Shown piece by piece: positions 18,888-28,968 of a stretch of DNA of 64,000 nucleotides; the first letter of the stretch is position 1, and every line of letters begins with the position of its first letter. Where the stretch lies: the IMG/VR virus record IMGVR_UViG_3300012267_000003; one strand, 5' to 3'. The translations under genes were made by a program, and so were the position numbers. This DNA is from an uncultured virus (IMG/VR IMGVR_UViG_3300012267_000003). Its lineage: Duplodnaviria > Heunggongvirae > Uroviricota > Caudoviricetes. The notes beneath the pieces are model-generated. The model had not been told where the DNA came from and ran no database searches. It saw only the letters and a list, made by a program, of their open reading frames with translations.

Positions 18888-20772
18888 GCTAGTCTCACAG
18901 CTACGAGAATACAAAAACGCCTATTACAACGGTGACCCTCTCGTAGCGGATGAGGTTTATGACGCTCTCGAAGATGATCTTCGTAAACTTTCCCCCACCC
19001 ATCCATTCCTTTCCGAAGTTGGGGCTTCCCCTACCAAAATGAAGTGGGAGAAAAAGACCCACCTAATGCCGATGACCAGCTTAAACAAGGTCAATTCGAT
19101 AGCGGGTGTTCGGCAGTGGGTATCTTCGGTATCACCCAACCCGGAAAGCCCAACTCTCAGTTGGTCTGAAAAGCTTGATGGAATAAGCATTTGTTTGAAT
19201 TATGAGAAGGGGGAGCTTCAAAGCGCTATCACTCGTGGTGATGGTACTGTAGGAGAGGATATTATGGCCAACGTGGTCATGATGCGGGGTGTGTTAAGGA
19301 GTCTACGTCAGCCTTATACGGGGAGTATTCGGGGAGAGATTGTCTTGACCCATGATATGTGGAAGACTTATTTCCCTGACTACGCTAATCCCCGTAATGC
19401 AGCATCCGGTATCGCTAAAAGAGAGAGCCGAGATAAGGCTCAAGCCTGCCAGCACCTTACCATCATGTGTTACGACGCTGTGTCTGAGCGCGTAGAGTTT
19501 GCCTCAGAGGCTGAGAAGTTCGTTTATCTCAAAGGGCTGGGGTTAAAGACTCCGAATCACGGTTTTCAAAAGGACGTCCTCGATTTAGAGGCTCTCTATG
19601 TGGAGTATGATTCTTCTTTACGGGAAGAGCTTAATTACGATATCGACGGTTTGGTAATTCGCATTGAACACCAAAGTCTTTTCGAGAGGGCGGGACAGCG
19701 TGGAGGTAATCCCCACGGTGCGGTAGCTCTCAAATTCGCAGCGGAAGGCTCTGTGACTACCCTACGAGACGTGGAGTGGCAGACAGGTAATACCGGGCGA
19801 ATCACACCGGTGGCCATATTCGACCCGGTTAATCTTGTAGGGGCCGAAGTTCGGCGGGCGACTCTACATAACCAGAGTTATATCGAAAATCTAGGGATGG
19901 GAATTGGGGATGATATTTTGGTCGTTAGAGCCAACGATGTGATCCCACAGGTGAAACGTGTCGTGTCTTCACATAGTACCAGTCCTATTGAGATTCCTTC
20001 TCAGTGCCCAGAATGCAGCAATCCCACAGAAAAAGATGGTGAGTATCTGGTATGTACAGGTGGTACGGAATGCCCTGCCAACCGTGCAGGACTTATTAAA
20101 CAGTGGATAGCTGCACTGGGGGTTTTGGATTGGGGAGACTTTATCATTGAGGAGCTGGTAGCGCAGGGTCTAGTTAATGATATCCCGGATCTGTATAAGT
20201 TGGACCCAAAAGACATTGCTAATCTTCGTAACTCCAACGATGCGGTGGTAGGGACATCCACGGCGGAGAAGATTATGCAGCAACTCAAAGAAGGGTCAGA
20301 GGCTACTCTTGAACAGTTAGTAGGGGGCTTGGGAATTTCCAGCATTCGAAAGAGTAGCTCTCGTAAAATCATTGCGGCGGGGTATGATACTCCCACAAAA
20401 CTTATGGAGGTTTCTGTTTCCGATGTGGAAAGTATCCCCGGTTTTGGTAACACCAAAGCGGTGGCTTTCGTAGAGGGTATGAAAGAGAGAAGGCACGTGT
20501 TAGAGGAGCTGATTATCCATCGACACGTTTCCTTAAAGAGTGCCTCTGGGAGTTTGGAAGGGAAGACTTTCTGTCTTACCGGGTCTATGTCAAGAGGTCG
20601 GAAAGAGATTAAGCGTGACATTGAGGACCAAGGTGGTATAGTGAAGGGGATGTCACAGTCCGTAACCTATCTGGTGACCTCCAATCCTGACTCAACCTCG
20701 GGCAAAGCGAAAAAAGCGCGGGATTATGGGATCCCCATTATTAGTGAAGAGCAACTATACGACCTTATGTAG
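18856..20772 (+). CDS. ligA: NAD-dependent DNA ligase
   Basis: YYNGDPLVADEVYD, EKLDG, TRGDG, NPRNAASG, IDGLV, Zn finger, HhH and BRCT. Confidence 0.96.
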   Translation: MTMEETGRISELVSQLREYKNAYYNGDPLVADEVYDALEDDLRKLSPTHPFLSEVGASPTKMKWEKKTHLMPMTSLNKVNSIAGVRQWVSSVSPNPESPTLSWSEKLDGISICLNYEKGELQSAITRGDGTVGEDIMANVVMMRGVLRSLRQPYTGSIRGEIVLTHDMWKTYFPDYANPRNAASGIAKRESRDKAQACQHLTIMCYDAVSERVEFASEAEKFVYLKGLGLKTPNHGFQKDVLDLEALYVEYDSSLREELNYDIDGLVIRIEHQSLFERAGQRGGNPHGAVALKFAAEGSVTTLRDVEWQTGNTGRITPVAIFDPVNLVGAEVRRATLHNQSYIENLGMGIGDDILVVRANDVIPQVKRVVSSHSTSPIEIPSQCPECSNPTEKDGEYLVCTGGTECPANRAGLIKQWIAALGVLDWGDFIIEELVAQGLVNDIPDLYKLDPKDIANLRNSNDAVVGTSTAEKIMQQLKEGSEATLEQLVGGLGISSIRKSSSRKIIAAGYDTPTKLMEVSVSDVESIPGFGNTKAVAFVEGMKERRHVLEELIIHRHVSLKSASGSLEGKTFCLTGSMSRGRKEIKRDIEDQGGIVKGMSQSVTYLVTSNPDSTSGKAKKARDYGIPIISEEQLYDLM

Positions 20773-20780
20773 GATGTAAA

Positions 20781-22970
20781 ATGGAATTACGAGGAACCGT
20801 AACTCGAATTATTTACTCGAACCCAGACTCGAACTATTATGTTTTCGTTCTGGAAGATGCAGCGGACGGTCGTCAGGCAAAAAAGGCGAAAGGGAATTTT
20901 CTAATAGAGACTCCCTACCCCGGTCAAGAGGTGGTACTCAGTGGTGAGTGGGAACAGACCAAGTACGGACCCACTTTCGATACCACTTCCTTTTCTCCGG
21001 GAGCTTTGGACACTACGGAAGGGATTCAGAAATACCTCATCAATTACGTCAAGAACGTAGGTGAGGTGACCGCTAAGAGATTGGTGGACCATTTTGGTAC
21101 TGATACCCTTGACGTGTTATCAAACTCCCCTGAGCGCTTAGAAGAGGTCACGAACTTAAATAAAGTGCAGCGAGCCAGTCTGTCTGAGGAGTGGTCGAAG
21201 TACAATGAGTATCGAGACATCGCAGTACATCTTCTGAATCTGGATCTTCCTAATTCCGTAGTCAAGAGGGTGTATGATGTGTGGGGGTCAGAATCTTTGC
21301 ATCGAATTGAAGAGAACCCCTATGCCTTGATGGAGATCCGGGGAGTGGGGTTTGTTATAGCTGATCGGGTAGCATTGGCACAGGGGGTAGAGCCGGACTC
21401 CCCTTTTCGAATTGGAGCATGTATTGAGTATGCTCTAAAAAGCGCTTCCAATGGTCCGGGTCATTTGTACATGGAAGCTCCCCAGCTCATCAACGAAGTG
21501 TACCGGCTCATAAAGCGGAATGAGATTACCGATTTCGGTCGGAAGTTGAACACAGGCGATGTGCGGGCCGCTCTGAAAGACCTTCGAGTTCGAGAGCGAA
21601 TCGTGATGGAAGATGGGGCTATTTACCTGTCAGAGCATCATTTTTATGAGGCACAGTCCGCTGCTTTACTCTCCGAATTCATGGGGGATCATAATAAATT
21701 TCCGGTAGATACCGTTGATTTTATTAGATCGTATGAGGAAAATCATAAAATTGATTTTTCGGAAGAGCAGAGAGAGGCTATTCGGGCGTTACAGAATAAC
21801 AAGGTGTTACTTGTAACCGGTCTTCCGGGGACAGGTAAGACGACCGTGACAAAGGCTCTGGTGGAGTTGTTCCTTACACAGAACCTCCAGTACCAGTTGA
21901 TGTCTCCTACAGGTATTGCAGCCAAGCGACTTTCTAACGTTGTAGGGGATCAGGCTGCTACTATCCACCGTGCTTTGGGCTATAAGGGTCCGGGCCAGCC
22001 GTGGGTATTCAACGAGAGTAACAAGCTCCCTGTAGAAGCCATTATCGTCGACGAATTTAGTATGGTGGACCAACAGGTCATGTACCGCCTCTTGTCCGCT
22101 TTGAAAAAAGAGACGATTCTAGTTTTTGTGGGGGATCACGCGCAGTTGCCTTCTGTGGGTGCCGGTAATGTATTACACGAACTGATCCGATCCAAGAAAA
22201 TCACACAGGTGCATCTGTCTCAGATTTTCCGACAGGAAGAGGCGAGCGACATTATCCTCAACGCACACCGCATCAATGCAGGAATAGATCCTGTATTGGG
22301 GGATCCTACCGCAAAGACCACGGATTTCCGTTTTATCCCTCGCAATAGTGATTCAGAGATAATCGAGGGGATTTTGAAGGTCGTGAAAGGTCTTCAGAAA
22401 AAGGCCGATAAAATGGCCACTTTTCAGGTTCTTAGTCCCCGGTGGAGAGGGGATCTAGGTGTTACGAACCTCAACAAAGAGATTCGCGAAGTCTTGAACC
22501 CTAAGACGACTCAACAGGAGAGGGGATTTAAAGGGGGTATGAGGCTTCGGGAAGGTGATCGGGTTATCATCACTTCTAATGATTATGAGAAGGGTGTGTT
22601 TAACGGGGAGATCGGTACAGTTACCTCGTTGGACACGAAAAATAGCGAGGTCAATATACGTATCAGGGATATGGGATCCGCCAAGCTGGTGAATATCCCT
22701 TTCAATGAGGTTCCTGATATCCTCAATTTGGCTTTCTGTATCACTATCCACAAGTCTCAGGGGCTCCAGTACGACTACGTTATCATGCCCTTTGTCGAGA
22801 AGTTCTCCATTCAGTTGCAACGCAACCTTATGTACACGGCTGTCACACGAGCAGCTAGAAAGGTGTTCATTTTTGGAGATTGGACCGCCATTCAAAAGGC
22901 TGTCAGCAACAATGAGGTGCAGAATCGTAACACCGTATTGGCGGAAAGGATTAGTGGTGCCCTTGAGTAG
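20781..22970 (+). CDS. recD2: RecD2-family SF1B helicase
   Basis: N-terminal HhH region, GLPGTGKT, VDEFSM, GDHAQLPSV, TIHKSQG, YTAVTRA. Confidence 0.93.
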   Translation: MELRGTVTRIIYSNPDSNYYVFVLEDAADGRQAKKAKGNFLIETPYPGQEVVLSGEWEQTKYGPTFDTTSFSPGALDTTEGIQKYLINYVKNVGEVTAKRLVDHFGTDTLDVLSNSPERLEEVTNLNKVQRASLSEEWSKYNEYRDIAVHLLNLDLPNSVVKRVYDVWGSESLHRIEENPYALMEIRGVGFVIADRVALAQGVEPDSPFRIGACIEYALKSASNGPGHLYMEAPQLINEVYRLIKRNEITDFGRKLNTGDVRAALKDLRVRERIVMEDGAIYLSEHHFYEAQSAALLSEFMGDHNKFPVDTVDFIRSYEENHKIDFSEEQREAIRALQNNKVLLVTGLPGTGKTTVTKALVELFLTQNLQYQLMSPTGIAAKRLSNVVGDQAATIHRALGYKGPGQPWVFNESNKLPVEAIIVDEFSMVDQQVMYRLLSALKKETILVFVGDHAQLPSVGAGNVLHELIRSKKITQVHLSQIFRQEEASDIILNAHRINAGIDPVLGDPTAKTTDFRFIPRNSDSEIIEGILKVVKGLQKKADKMATFQVLSPRWRGDLGVTNLNKEIREVLNPKTTQQERGFKGGMRLREGDRVIITSNDYEKGVFNGEIGTVTSLDTKNSEVNIRIRDMGSAKLVNIPFNEVPDILNLAFCITIHKSQGLQYDYVIMPFVEKFSIQLQRNLMYTAVTRAARKVFIFGDWTAIQKAVSNNEVQNRNTVLAERISGALE

Positions 22971-23700
22971 TATAGCTTCCGAACTGGACGAGGGAACTTT
23001 TGTGCTCCTGCGATGTACTAGTGGGCAGAAAGTGGATGTGCTTGGGTTCATAATGCGGCGTAAGGGGATCTCTCTGCGAGATTGCCTTGTATATCAGACT
23101 CCCGAGGGTACCGAATTTTTGTGGGTTGGGCAGGTACCCACAGATCAAACATTTGTTGAGGGAGTGGTACGAGGGTCTAATTCAGCTATTCACGTGGATG
23201 CTGTTCGAATTAGTGCCGGTAAGGATTATGAGAATGCAGGGTTTGGAGCCCGATATGGGGAGAGTGCTATGCCTCAGATGGGGCGACACCAGACAAGAGA
23301 CTGGGTTCAAGACCGAATCGCAAAAGGGGAGCCTGTGAAAGTTACAAAGCCTCACGACGGAGGCAGGTTTCCTACCAACATGATCTTGAAGCATGACCAC
23401 GACTGTTATGTGGAGGGTACCGAAGAATTGCCTAACTGGATCTGTGGTCCAGACTGTCCTGTGAGAATCTTGAACACACAAAGTGGTGTGCTGGTCAGTG
23501 GTACGGGTGCTATTAAAAAGCATAGCAGTAAGGATCAGAGGGGGAATAGGGGATCTGCTTACGGAGCGGAAAGTAGAGCGGAAGGGACGGAGATGATTTC
23601 TTATGGAGACGAAGGTGGTGCTTCCCGTTTTTTCAAGCAGGTACAGACAGAAGAAGAGCTAGATTCATACCTCAACCAGTTGATTAGAGGCGTGCAGTAA
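22957..23700 (+). CDS. degenerate DNA methyltransferase-like protein
   Basis: GGRFPTNMIL..WICGPDCPV..GGASRFF resembles the middle of phage N4/N6 MTases; no DPPY or FxGxG motif. Confidence 0.5.
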   Translation: MPLSSIASELDEGTFVLLRCTSGQKVDVLGFIMRRKGISLRDCLVYQTPEGTEFLWVGQVPTDQTFVEGVVRGSNSAIHVDAVRISAGKDYENAGFGARYGESAMPQMGRHQTRDWVQDRIAKGEPVKVTKPHDGGRFPTNMILKHDHDCYVEGTEELPNWICGPDCPVRILNTQSGVLVSGTGAIKKHSSKDQRGNRGSAYGAESRAEGTEMISYGDEGGASRFFKQVQTEEELDSYLNQLIRGVQ

Positions 23701-23707
23701 GGGACGC

Positions 23708-23736
23708 TTGACACTTGATCTGCTGATAGCTATGGT
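23708..23736 (+). promoter_or_regulatory. sigma70-type promoter
   Basis: TTGACA-N17-TATGGT. Confidence 0.65.
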
Positions 23737-23777
23737 CGTATGCGGTTCCTAATATAACCACTACGAGGATATACACG

Positions 23778-24158
23778 ATGAGTCAAAGAACGGAAGAGGA
23801 ACTCCAAAGAAGTATTAGGATTGATAAGGTCACATCTTCTTACTCTTTAGAGGGCAGAAGCCCCAAGGGGATTAAGACTTCCTCATTTTTATCCTATACT
23901 GCCAAATGTAATTCAGGGGAAGGTTGGTCTATGGAAGAGGCGCGCTACGTAGAAGCCTGTGTGGCTCAGCAAGTGGTAGAGGACTTATATACCGATGCTT
24001 TTGCACGTCAACAGATTACGAAACAGAATCGACAGGAACAGGTAGAAAGGCTTTCCCCTATGTATGAGGCACTACAGCGCTCACGCATGGCGAGACTTCA
24101 AGAGGAACCTTCTACCGCCGCCCGCGAAGTTCTTCGGAATCCGGTCGCACAATCTTAA
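23778..24158 (+). CDS. hypothetical protein
   Basis: GAGGA SD, 126 aa. Confidence 0.75.
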   Translation: MSQRTEEELQRSIRIDKVTSSYSLEGRSPKGIKTSSFLSYTAKCNSGEGWSMEEARYVEACVAQQVVEDLYTDAFARQQITKQNRQEQVERLSPMYEALQRSRMARLQEEPSTAAREVLRNPVAQS

Positions 24159-24173
24159 TAGGAGGATCTCCAT

Positions 24174-24941
24174 ATGGATGATGAAAGAGTAGATGAAGTT
24201 TTTGCAAGGCTAGCTGAGATCGATATTGAGCTGGATTACGACCCCATTGAGCGTGGTCCAAAGTTTCTCAATAACATGGTGGCTTCCTGTCGTAATTATA
24301 CCACTGAGGTACAGCGGTATATGCGGGAATGTCAGATGTACATACGCACCATTGAGCGCCAACTTAGAACGGCAGAGGCTAGGTATGAGCTGGAGTACAA
24401 CGACATTATGTCCAATGACCCCGACATCATTAAGATGCGGGCGCATTCTAAAGCCGATCGTGAGTCTTTGACCAAAATGAAGCTGCAAGATCTTGTAGGG
24501 GAGATTACAAACCTTGAGATGTCGGTGACTGATGCTCGTCATGTAGAAACAGTCATTGATTCCAAATTACGGGAGTTACGGGATATTAACCGTGACATCC
24601 GACTACAGAAGCGCTTGATCGAGGATGAAATACAGACCGGAGCTTTTTGGGGTAATGATCAGGGGTCTGATACGAAACACATGGATGAGTCTGATATGGA
24701 CTTAGATGTGGGGGACGTATTTGAAGTTCCAGATGAGGATGAAGAATCTGAACCGGATTACGGAGAGTTTTTCGTAGAAGATACTGAGAAAGATCTTGAC
24801 ACAGCAGCTCAAGATGTTACCATAGAGGACGAATCTGATACGTCAGATCAACAGAAGTCCCTAGAGTCTGAGACGACTGCCTTTGATGAGGAGTCTTTCG
24901 AAGACCTCGATTTTGAAGCTGCTTTAAGTAGTCTAGGGTGA
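24174..24941 (+). CDS. coiled-coil protein with acidic tail (possibly a UvsY-like recombination mediator)
   Basis: Helical heptads, position near SSB and RecA; family call weak. Confidence 0.55.
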   Translation: MDDERVDEVFARLAEIDIELDYDPIERGPKFLNNMVASCRNYTTEVQRYMRECQMYIRTIERQLRTAEARYELEYNDIMSNDPDIIKMRAHSKADRESLTKMKLQDLVGEITNLEMSVTDARHVETVIDSKLRELRDINRDIRLQKRLIEDEIQTGAFWGNDQGSDTKHMDESDMDLDVGDVFEVPDEDEESEPDYGEFFVEDTEKDLDTAAQDVTIEDESDTSDQQKSLESETTAFDEESFEDLDFEAALSSLG

Positions 24942-25019
24942 TGATTTTTACGGGAAAAATCCCGGTAATCTTTTGATAATTTTCCCTATATAGGGAAGCC
25001 AAGGTAATGGAGGTTTTAC

Positions 25020-25280
25020 ATGGCCGAAAGCTCATATGAAGAACTGATTGAAGCACTCAAATCAACAGAAGAAGACGTTGTGAAAGCCTACGGTGGAAAC
25101 CGTGCAGCAGCAACACGAGCTAGAAAAACGCTTCTAGTCGCTCGGGAAACATTGAACGAGTGTCGCCGCGAGCTTCTTGCTTGTGGTAAAGGCCCCGACA
25201 AAGATGGTGGAGCACCTCCTCGTGAAGTGACCGCCCAGTTGGTAACTGCCGATTGTGATCAAGAAGATTGTGATCAATAA
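25020..25280 (+). CDS. histone H1-like (Hc1-family) small protein
   Basis: EEDVVKAYGGNRAAATRARKTL; TAATCTTTTGATA motif upstream at 24966. Confidence 0.7.
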   Translation: MAESSYEELIEALKSTEEDVVKAYGGNRAAATRARKTLLVARETLNECRRELLACGKGPDKDGGAPPREVTAQLVTADCDQEDCDQ

Positions 25281-25488
25281 GTAGTATGTGAATAGAGTGG
25301 TGGTTCTAACCTAACTTACCTTTCCACACTGCTCTTTTCCTACCTCTAACTTCCCTGTGCCTCGTCAAATGGTTTGGCGACGGTGTATACACACAATATG
25401 ACGATGCTAAAGCGCAAAGACCATAGCACCAATTGGATGCCAAAGTAGTCCCCGCGCTTGTAGGTCGTCCGAACGAAGAGGACATACC

Positions 25489-26181
25489 ATGTCTGATGCA
25501 GAACAGTTTATTGGGTTTGGACAAGACGATAAGAAGGTCATGACTGGAGGCCGCGCAGAGCGGTACAAAGGTAAAAAGAACCAGACAGATCGAATCTCGA
25601 TGGTCTGGTTTTATAAAGATGACGAAGGTAATCCCCGCATGGCGGATGAGGATACTCCTAAGTTTAAGATGGCCAATTATCACTGGGCACCCGGCCTCGG
25701 GTATGTCGCCGCTAAAGGCGAGTATACGGTACAGAAGTTTGGTCCTCCAAAGCGGAGAATCGGAACGTTTGTAATCCGGTACATGACCGATCGAAATGGT
25801 GCTCTCAAAAAGGGAAATGATGGGAAGCCTATCCTCGATTTTGAGGTATTGGAATGGCAGTTTGGAGAGGACAAGTATCGTCTTCTTGCTACCATCCATG
25901 ACGAGTTTCCTCTCAGCCACCACGACGTTAAAGTTACCTGTACCGACGATCAGTACCAGAAGCTGTCGTTTACTGCTTGCAACGGCCAAGCGCTGTGGCA
26001 ACGGAGTGATAAACTCAAGGCACAAGTTCTGGAGCAGGTTGCAGAGCTGGAACACCAGCTTTCGCTGTGCCGCGATCTCAGCGTTCAAGAGATCAAAGAG
26101 CATTACGGTGAGGCCGAAGATGCTGTTCCCGATGTATCTTCCGACATCGATTACGACGATCTGATCGAAGATATTGATTGA
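25489..26181 (+). CDS. phage single-stranded DNA-binding protein (gp32-like)
   Basis: Aromatic beta-rich core, DVKVTCTDDQYQKLSF, acidic tail DIDYDDLIEDID, replication context. Confidence 0.65.
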   Translation: MSDAEQFIGFGQDDKKVMTGGRAERYKGKKNQTDRISMVWFYKDDEGNPRMADEDTPKFKMANYHWAPGLGYVAAKGEYTVQKFGPPKRRIGTFVIRYMTDRNGALKKGNDGKPILDFEVLEWQFGEDKYRLLATIHDEFPLSHHDVKVTCTDDQYQKLSFTACNGQALWQRSDKLKAQVLEQVAELEHQLSLCRDLSVQEIKEHYGEAEDAVPDVSSDIDYDDLIEDID

Positions 26182-26193
26182 TCAGTTGTAATC

Positions 26194-26226
26194 AAAAAGG
26201 GGGCCTTACGGCTCCCTTTTGTTTTT
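26194..26226 (+). terminator. intrinsic terminator
   Basis: AAAAGGGGGCC-TTAC-GGCTCCCTTTT. Confidence 0.7.
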
Positions 26227-26242
26227 CCTCAACTGGACCGAA

Positions 26243-26911
26243 ATGATTGTATTAGGACTTGATCCATCGTTAACTGGGTATGGGTGGTGTTTAATAGACA
26301 CTGAAAAAGAGGGTAGGGCGCAAGTCCTAGACTACGGGGTACTTAAAACTACCGCTAAAACCTATATGCCTAGTAGATACAGGTACTTAGCAGATTCTTT
26401 GGATGCAATTATAAAAGACTGCGGGTATGACATTGACTGGGTAGGGGTAGAGCACCCTCCTTTCAATGCGAGTTACTCCCTCGGGCTGTACGCCTTGTTT
26501 ATGTACACGTGGGAGATCTTGATGGACCATAGATTGAGCTATGTATGGTTCCTTCCAACACAGCTAAAAGCGTATGTCAGATCTGTTCTTGACGACACAG
26601 GAAAAATGTTCAAGAGCGATATGAAAGACGCTATGAAGCTACTTCTGAACGATGAGTGGAAGGGGCGATTAAATGACAACGTGGCTGACGCTTACCTAGT
26701 AGCGTATCATGCGGCTAGGTTTAAGCAGCTAGTGGACGGGGATCTAGAGGAATCTGATCTTACTGAAAAGGAAGCTCAGTCTTGGACTAAAACAATCAAA
26801 CGGCGAAAGACAGGCAAAATCGACAAGGTGGGGATGCTCTATAATCCGGGCGATAAATGGTTCGATATCTCCACCCCTGATTATGATTACCTGTATGAGG
26901 ATGACGAGTAG
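26243..26911 (+). CDS. ruvC: RuvC-like Holliday junction resolvase
   Basis: IVLGLDPSLTGYGW, VGVEH, PTQLK, DNVADAY. Confidence 0.85.
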   Translation: MIVLGLDPSLTGYGWCLIDTEKEGRAQVLDYGVLKTTAKTYMPSRYRYLADSLDAIIKDCGYDIDWVGVEHPPFNASYSLGLYALFMYTWEILMDHRLSYVWFLPTQLKAYVRSVLDDTGKMFKSDMKDAMKLLLNDEWKGRLNDNVADAYLVAYHAARFKQLVDGDLEESDLTEKEAQSWTKTIKRRKTGKIDKVGMLYNPGDKWFDISTPDYDYLYEDDE

Positions 26912-26972
26912 AAAGCCCGTCTCAGGTTTCAGTAGGAGCTTGGGACATAACGACAATGATGCGAGGTAACAC

Positions 26973-28091
26973 ATGTCAAATCTAGCTAAAGCGCGTAAAG
27001 CGCTCAAAAAAAATAAATCCATTGACTTCACGAATAGAGTGGAGTTGGATCCCGATAATACGGAACCGGTGGCTGCTATTTCCACAGGTTCTTTGGTTTT
27101 GAATTTCCTTATTGGGGGTAACAAGCTACCTAACGGTATGGCTCAGTGCCCCGGAATCCCCCGTGGCCGGATTACAGAGATCTATGGTAACGAGGGTGCT
27201 GGTAAAACTACAGTAGCTCTAGAGGCCGCTGTACAGTGTCAGAAAGATGGTGGGTCTGTGTGCTTTCTCGACTATGAGAATGCGATTGCACCGGCTTACG
27301 CTCAGGCACTAGGGGTTGATTTCAGTGAAGATAAATGGGATCTGTACTCTCCTCACACATGGGAAGAGGGAGTGGAGATTATCAAAATCATGGTCAATGC
27401 AGGGGTGGACCTGATTATCGTAGACTCGGTTTCCTCTATGGTTCCGCAAGCTACTTTCGATAAAGACCCCTCCGAAGGGGCGCAGATTGGTCTATTGGCT
27501 AGACTTCAAAGCAGGTTCTTACCAAGTCTGGTACATGACCTTAGAGAGTCTGGTACATCTTTGATCTACCTTAATCAGGTTCGAAGCCGGATTAAGACAA
27601 GCAAATATGATCCCGGCCCCGATGAAACGACCAGTGGTGGTCGTGCCTTGAAGTTTTACTGCTCCCTGCGGTTGAAGCTTAAACGGGTTCGAGTAGAGGT
27701 AGATACGTTGGAGAATGAGCTTACCGGTGCTAAAGGTAAGCAGCCAGTTTGTAATATTGTCCGCGCCGAGTGTGTAAAAAACAAAGTTTCAATGCACCAA
27801 GGCCACAGTACTGATTTTGTGCTTCGATATGGTGAGGGTATTGATAATATCCGTTCTATTATGGACATTGCGGAAAACCGTAAACTGATCAATAGAGCAG
27901 GTGCTTGGTATAAAGTAGTGGACACTTCTGGGGAAGAGCAGAGTCTTCAGGGGAAAGAAAACCTCCGATCTTATTTTCTAGAAAACGAGGACCAGTTCAT
28001 GCACCTCGTTAACCAGATCTCTTCCTTTTCTTCTGCAACCGCATCCGCTATCGCCAGTGGTGGTACTGATGAAGGGGAGGAAGGGGAATGA
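26973..28091 (+). CDS. recA: RecA recombinase
   Basis: ISTGS, GIPRGRITEIYGNEGAGKTT, LDYENA, IVDSV, NQVR, TTSGGRALKFY, VKNKV. Confidence 0.96.
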   Translation: MSNLAKARKALKKNKSIDFTNRVELDPDNTEPVAAISTGSLVLNFLIGGNKLPNGMAQCPGIPRGRITEIYGNEGAGKTTVALEAAVQCQKDGGSVCFLDYENAIAPAYAQALGVDFSEDKWDLYSPHTWEEGVEIIKIMVNAGVDLIIVDSVSSMVPQATFDKDPSEGAQIGLLARLQSRFLPSLVHDLRESGTSLIYLNQVRSRIKTSKYDPGPDETTSGGRALKFYCSLRLKLKRVRVEVDTLENELTGAKGKQPVCNIVRAECVKNKVSMHQGHSTDFVLRYGEGIDNIRSIMDIAENRKLINRAGAWYKVVDTSGEEQSLQGKENLRSYFLENEDQFMHLVNQISSFSSATASAIASGGTDEGEEGE

Positions 28092-28959
28092 TGGATGCTA
28101 TTTCAACAGGGTCTGTGTCTCTAGATCACCTAATAAGGGGCCACAGCTCTTATACAGGTAAGCCTCAGTGTCCCGGTATTCCGAGAGGAAGAATTACTGA
28201 GATCTATGGTGAGGAGAATACAGGCAAAACTACCGTAGCTCTTTCTACAGCAGCTAAATGTCAGGAGTCGGGGGGCTCCGTCTGTTACTTAGACTTCAAC
28301 TGCGCTCTCGATCCTTCCTATGTTCAGAAATTGGGTGTAGAGACTGCGGGAGATAATTGGCATTATTTTATGCCGACCACTTGGGAACAGGGCGCTGAAA
28401 TTATAAAAGTGATGGTGAAAAAGGGTGTAGATCTAATTGTTGTAGATTCTGTCCCTTCTATGATGACTGAGAAGGGTTTAAATACTAGACTTCTGGGGGG
28501 AGATTTTCAAGAGCAAGTAAAAGAACTTGCAAGATTGCAAAGTGAATTTTTACCGTTTTTAACTGAGGAGCTATATCAGTCCAACACTGCGGTGGTTTAT
28601 CTTAACGAATTACGGGATTGGTTAGATCAAGGTGCGATGGTGACTTGTACAAAATACCACTAAGTACTACTATAATGGCTCGGGGTGTGAAGAATATGGT
28701 GTCTTCTCACGGGGGCCATACCGCCCCCTTTGTGTTGCGTCATTGTGAGGGGATAGACAACCTATCCACTGTTATGACTATAGCAGAAAATCGAGAGATC
28801 ATCCGCAAGGTGAATGGACACTTTGTTTTTGAAGATGCGAATGGAAACTCTCAATCTTTCCCAAGCCTTGAAAATCTTCGTGCTTATTTCTTAGAACATA
28901 CCACACGGTTCAAGAGCTTTACTGAGCAGGTATCCTCTTCTAAAGCGTCGACTTCCTGA
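28088..28959 (+). pseudogene. second, degenerate RecA split into two ORFs (28088-28663 and 28618-28959)
   Basis: Collinear similarity to the upstream RecA; catalytic E>N and Q>E changes, L2 region deleted, frame change near 28610-28660. Confidence 0.8.
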
Positions 28960-28968
28960 TAACGAGAA

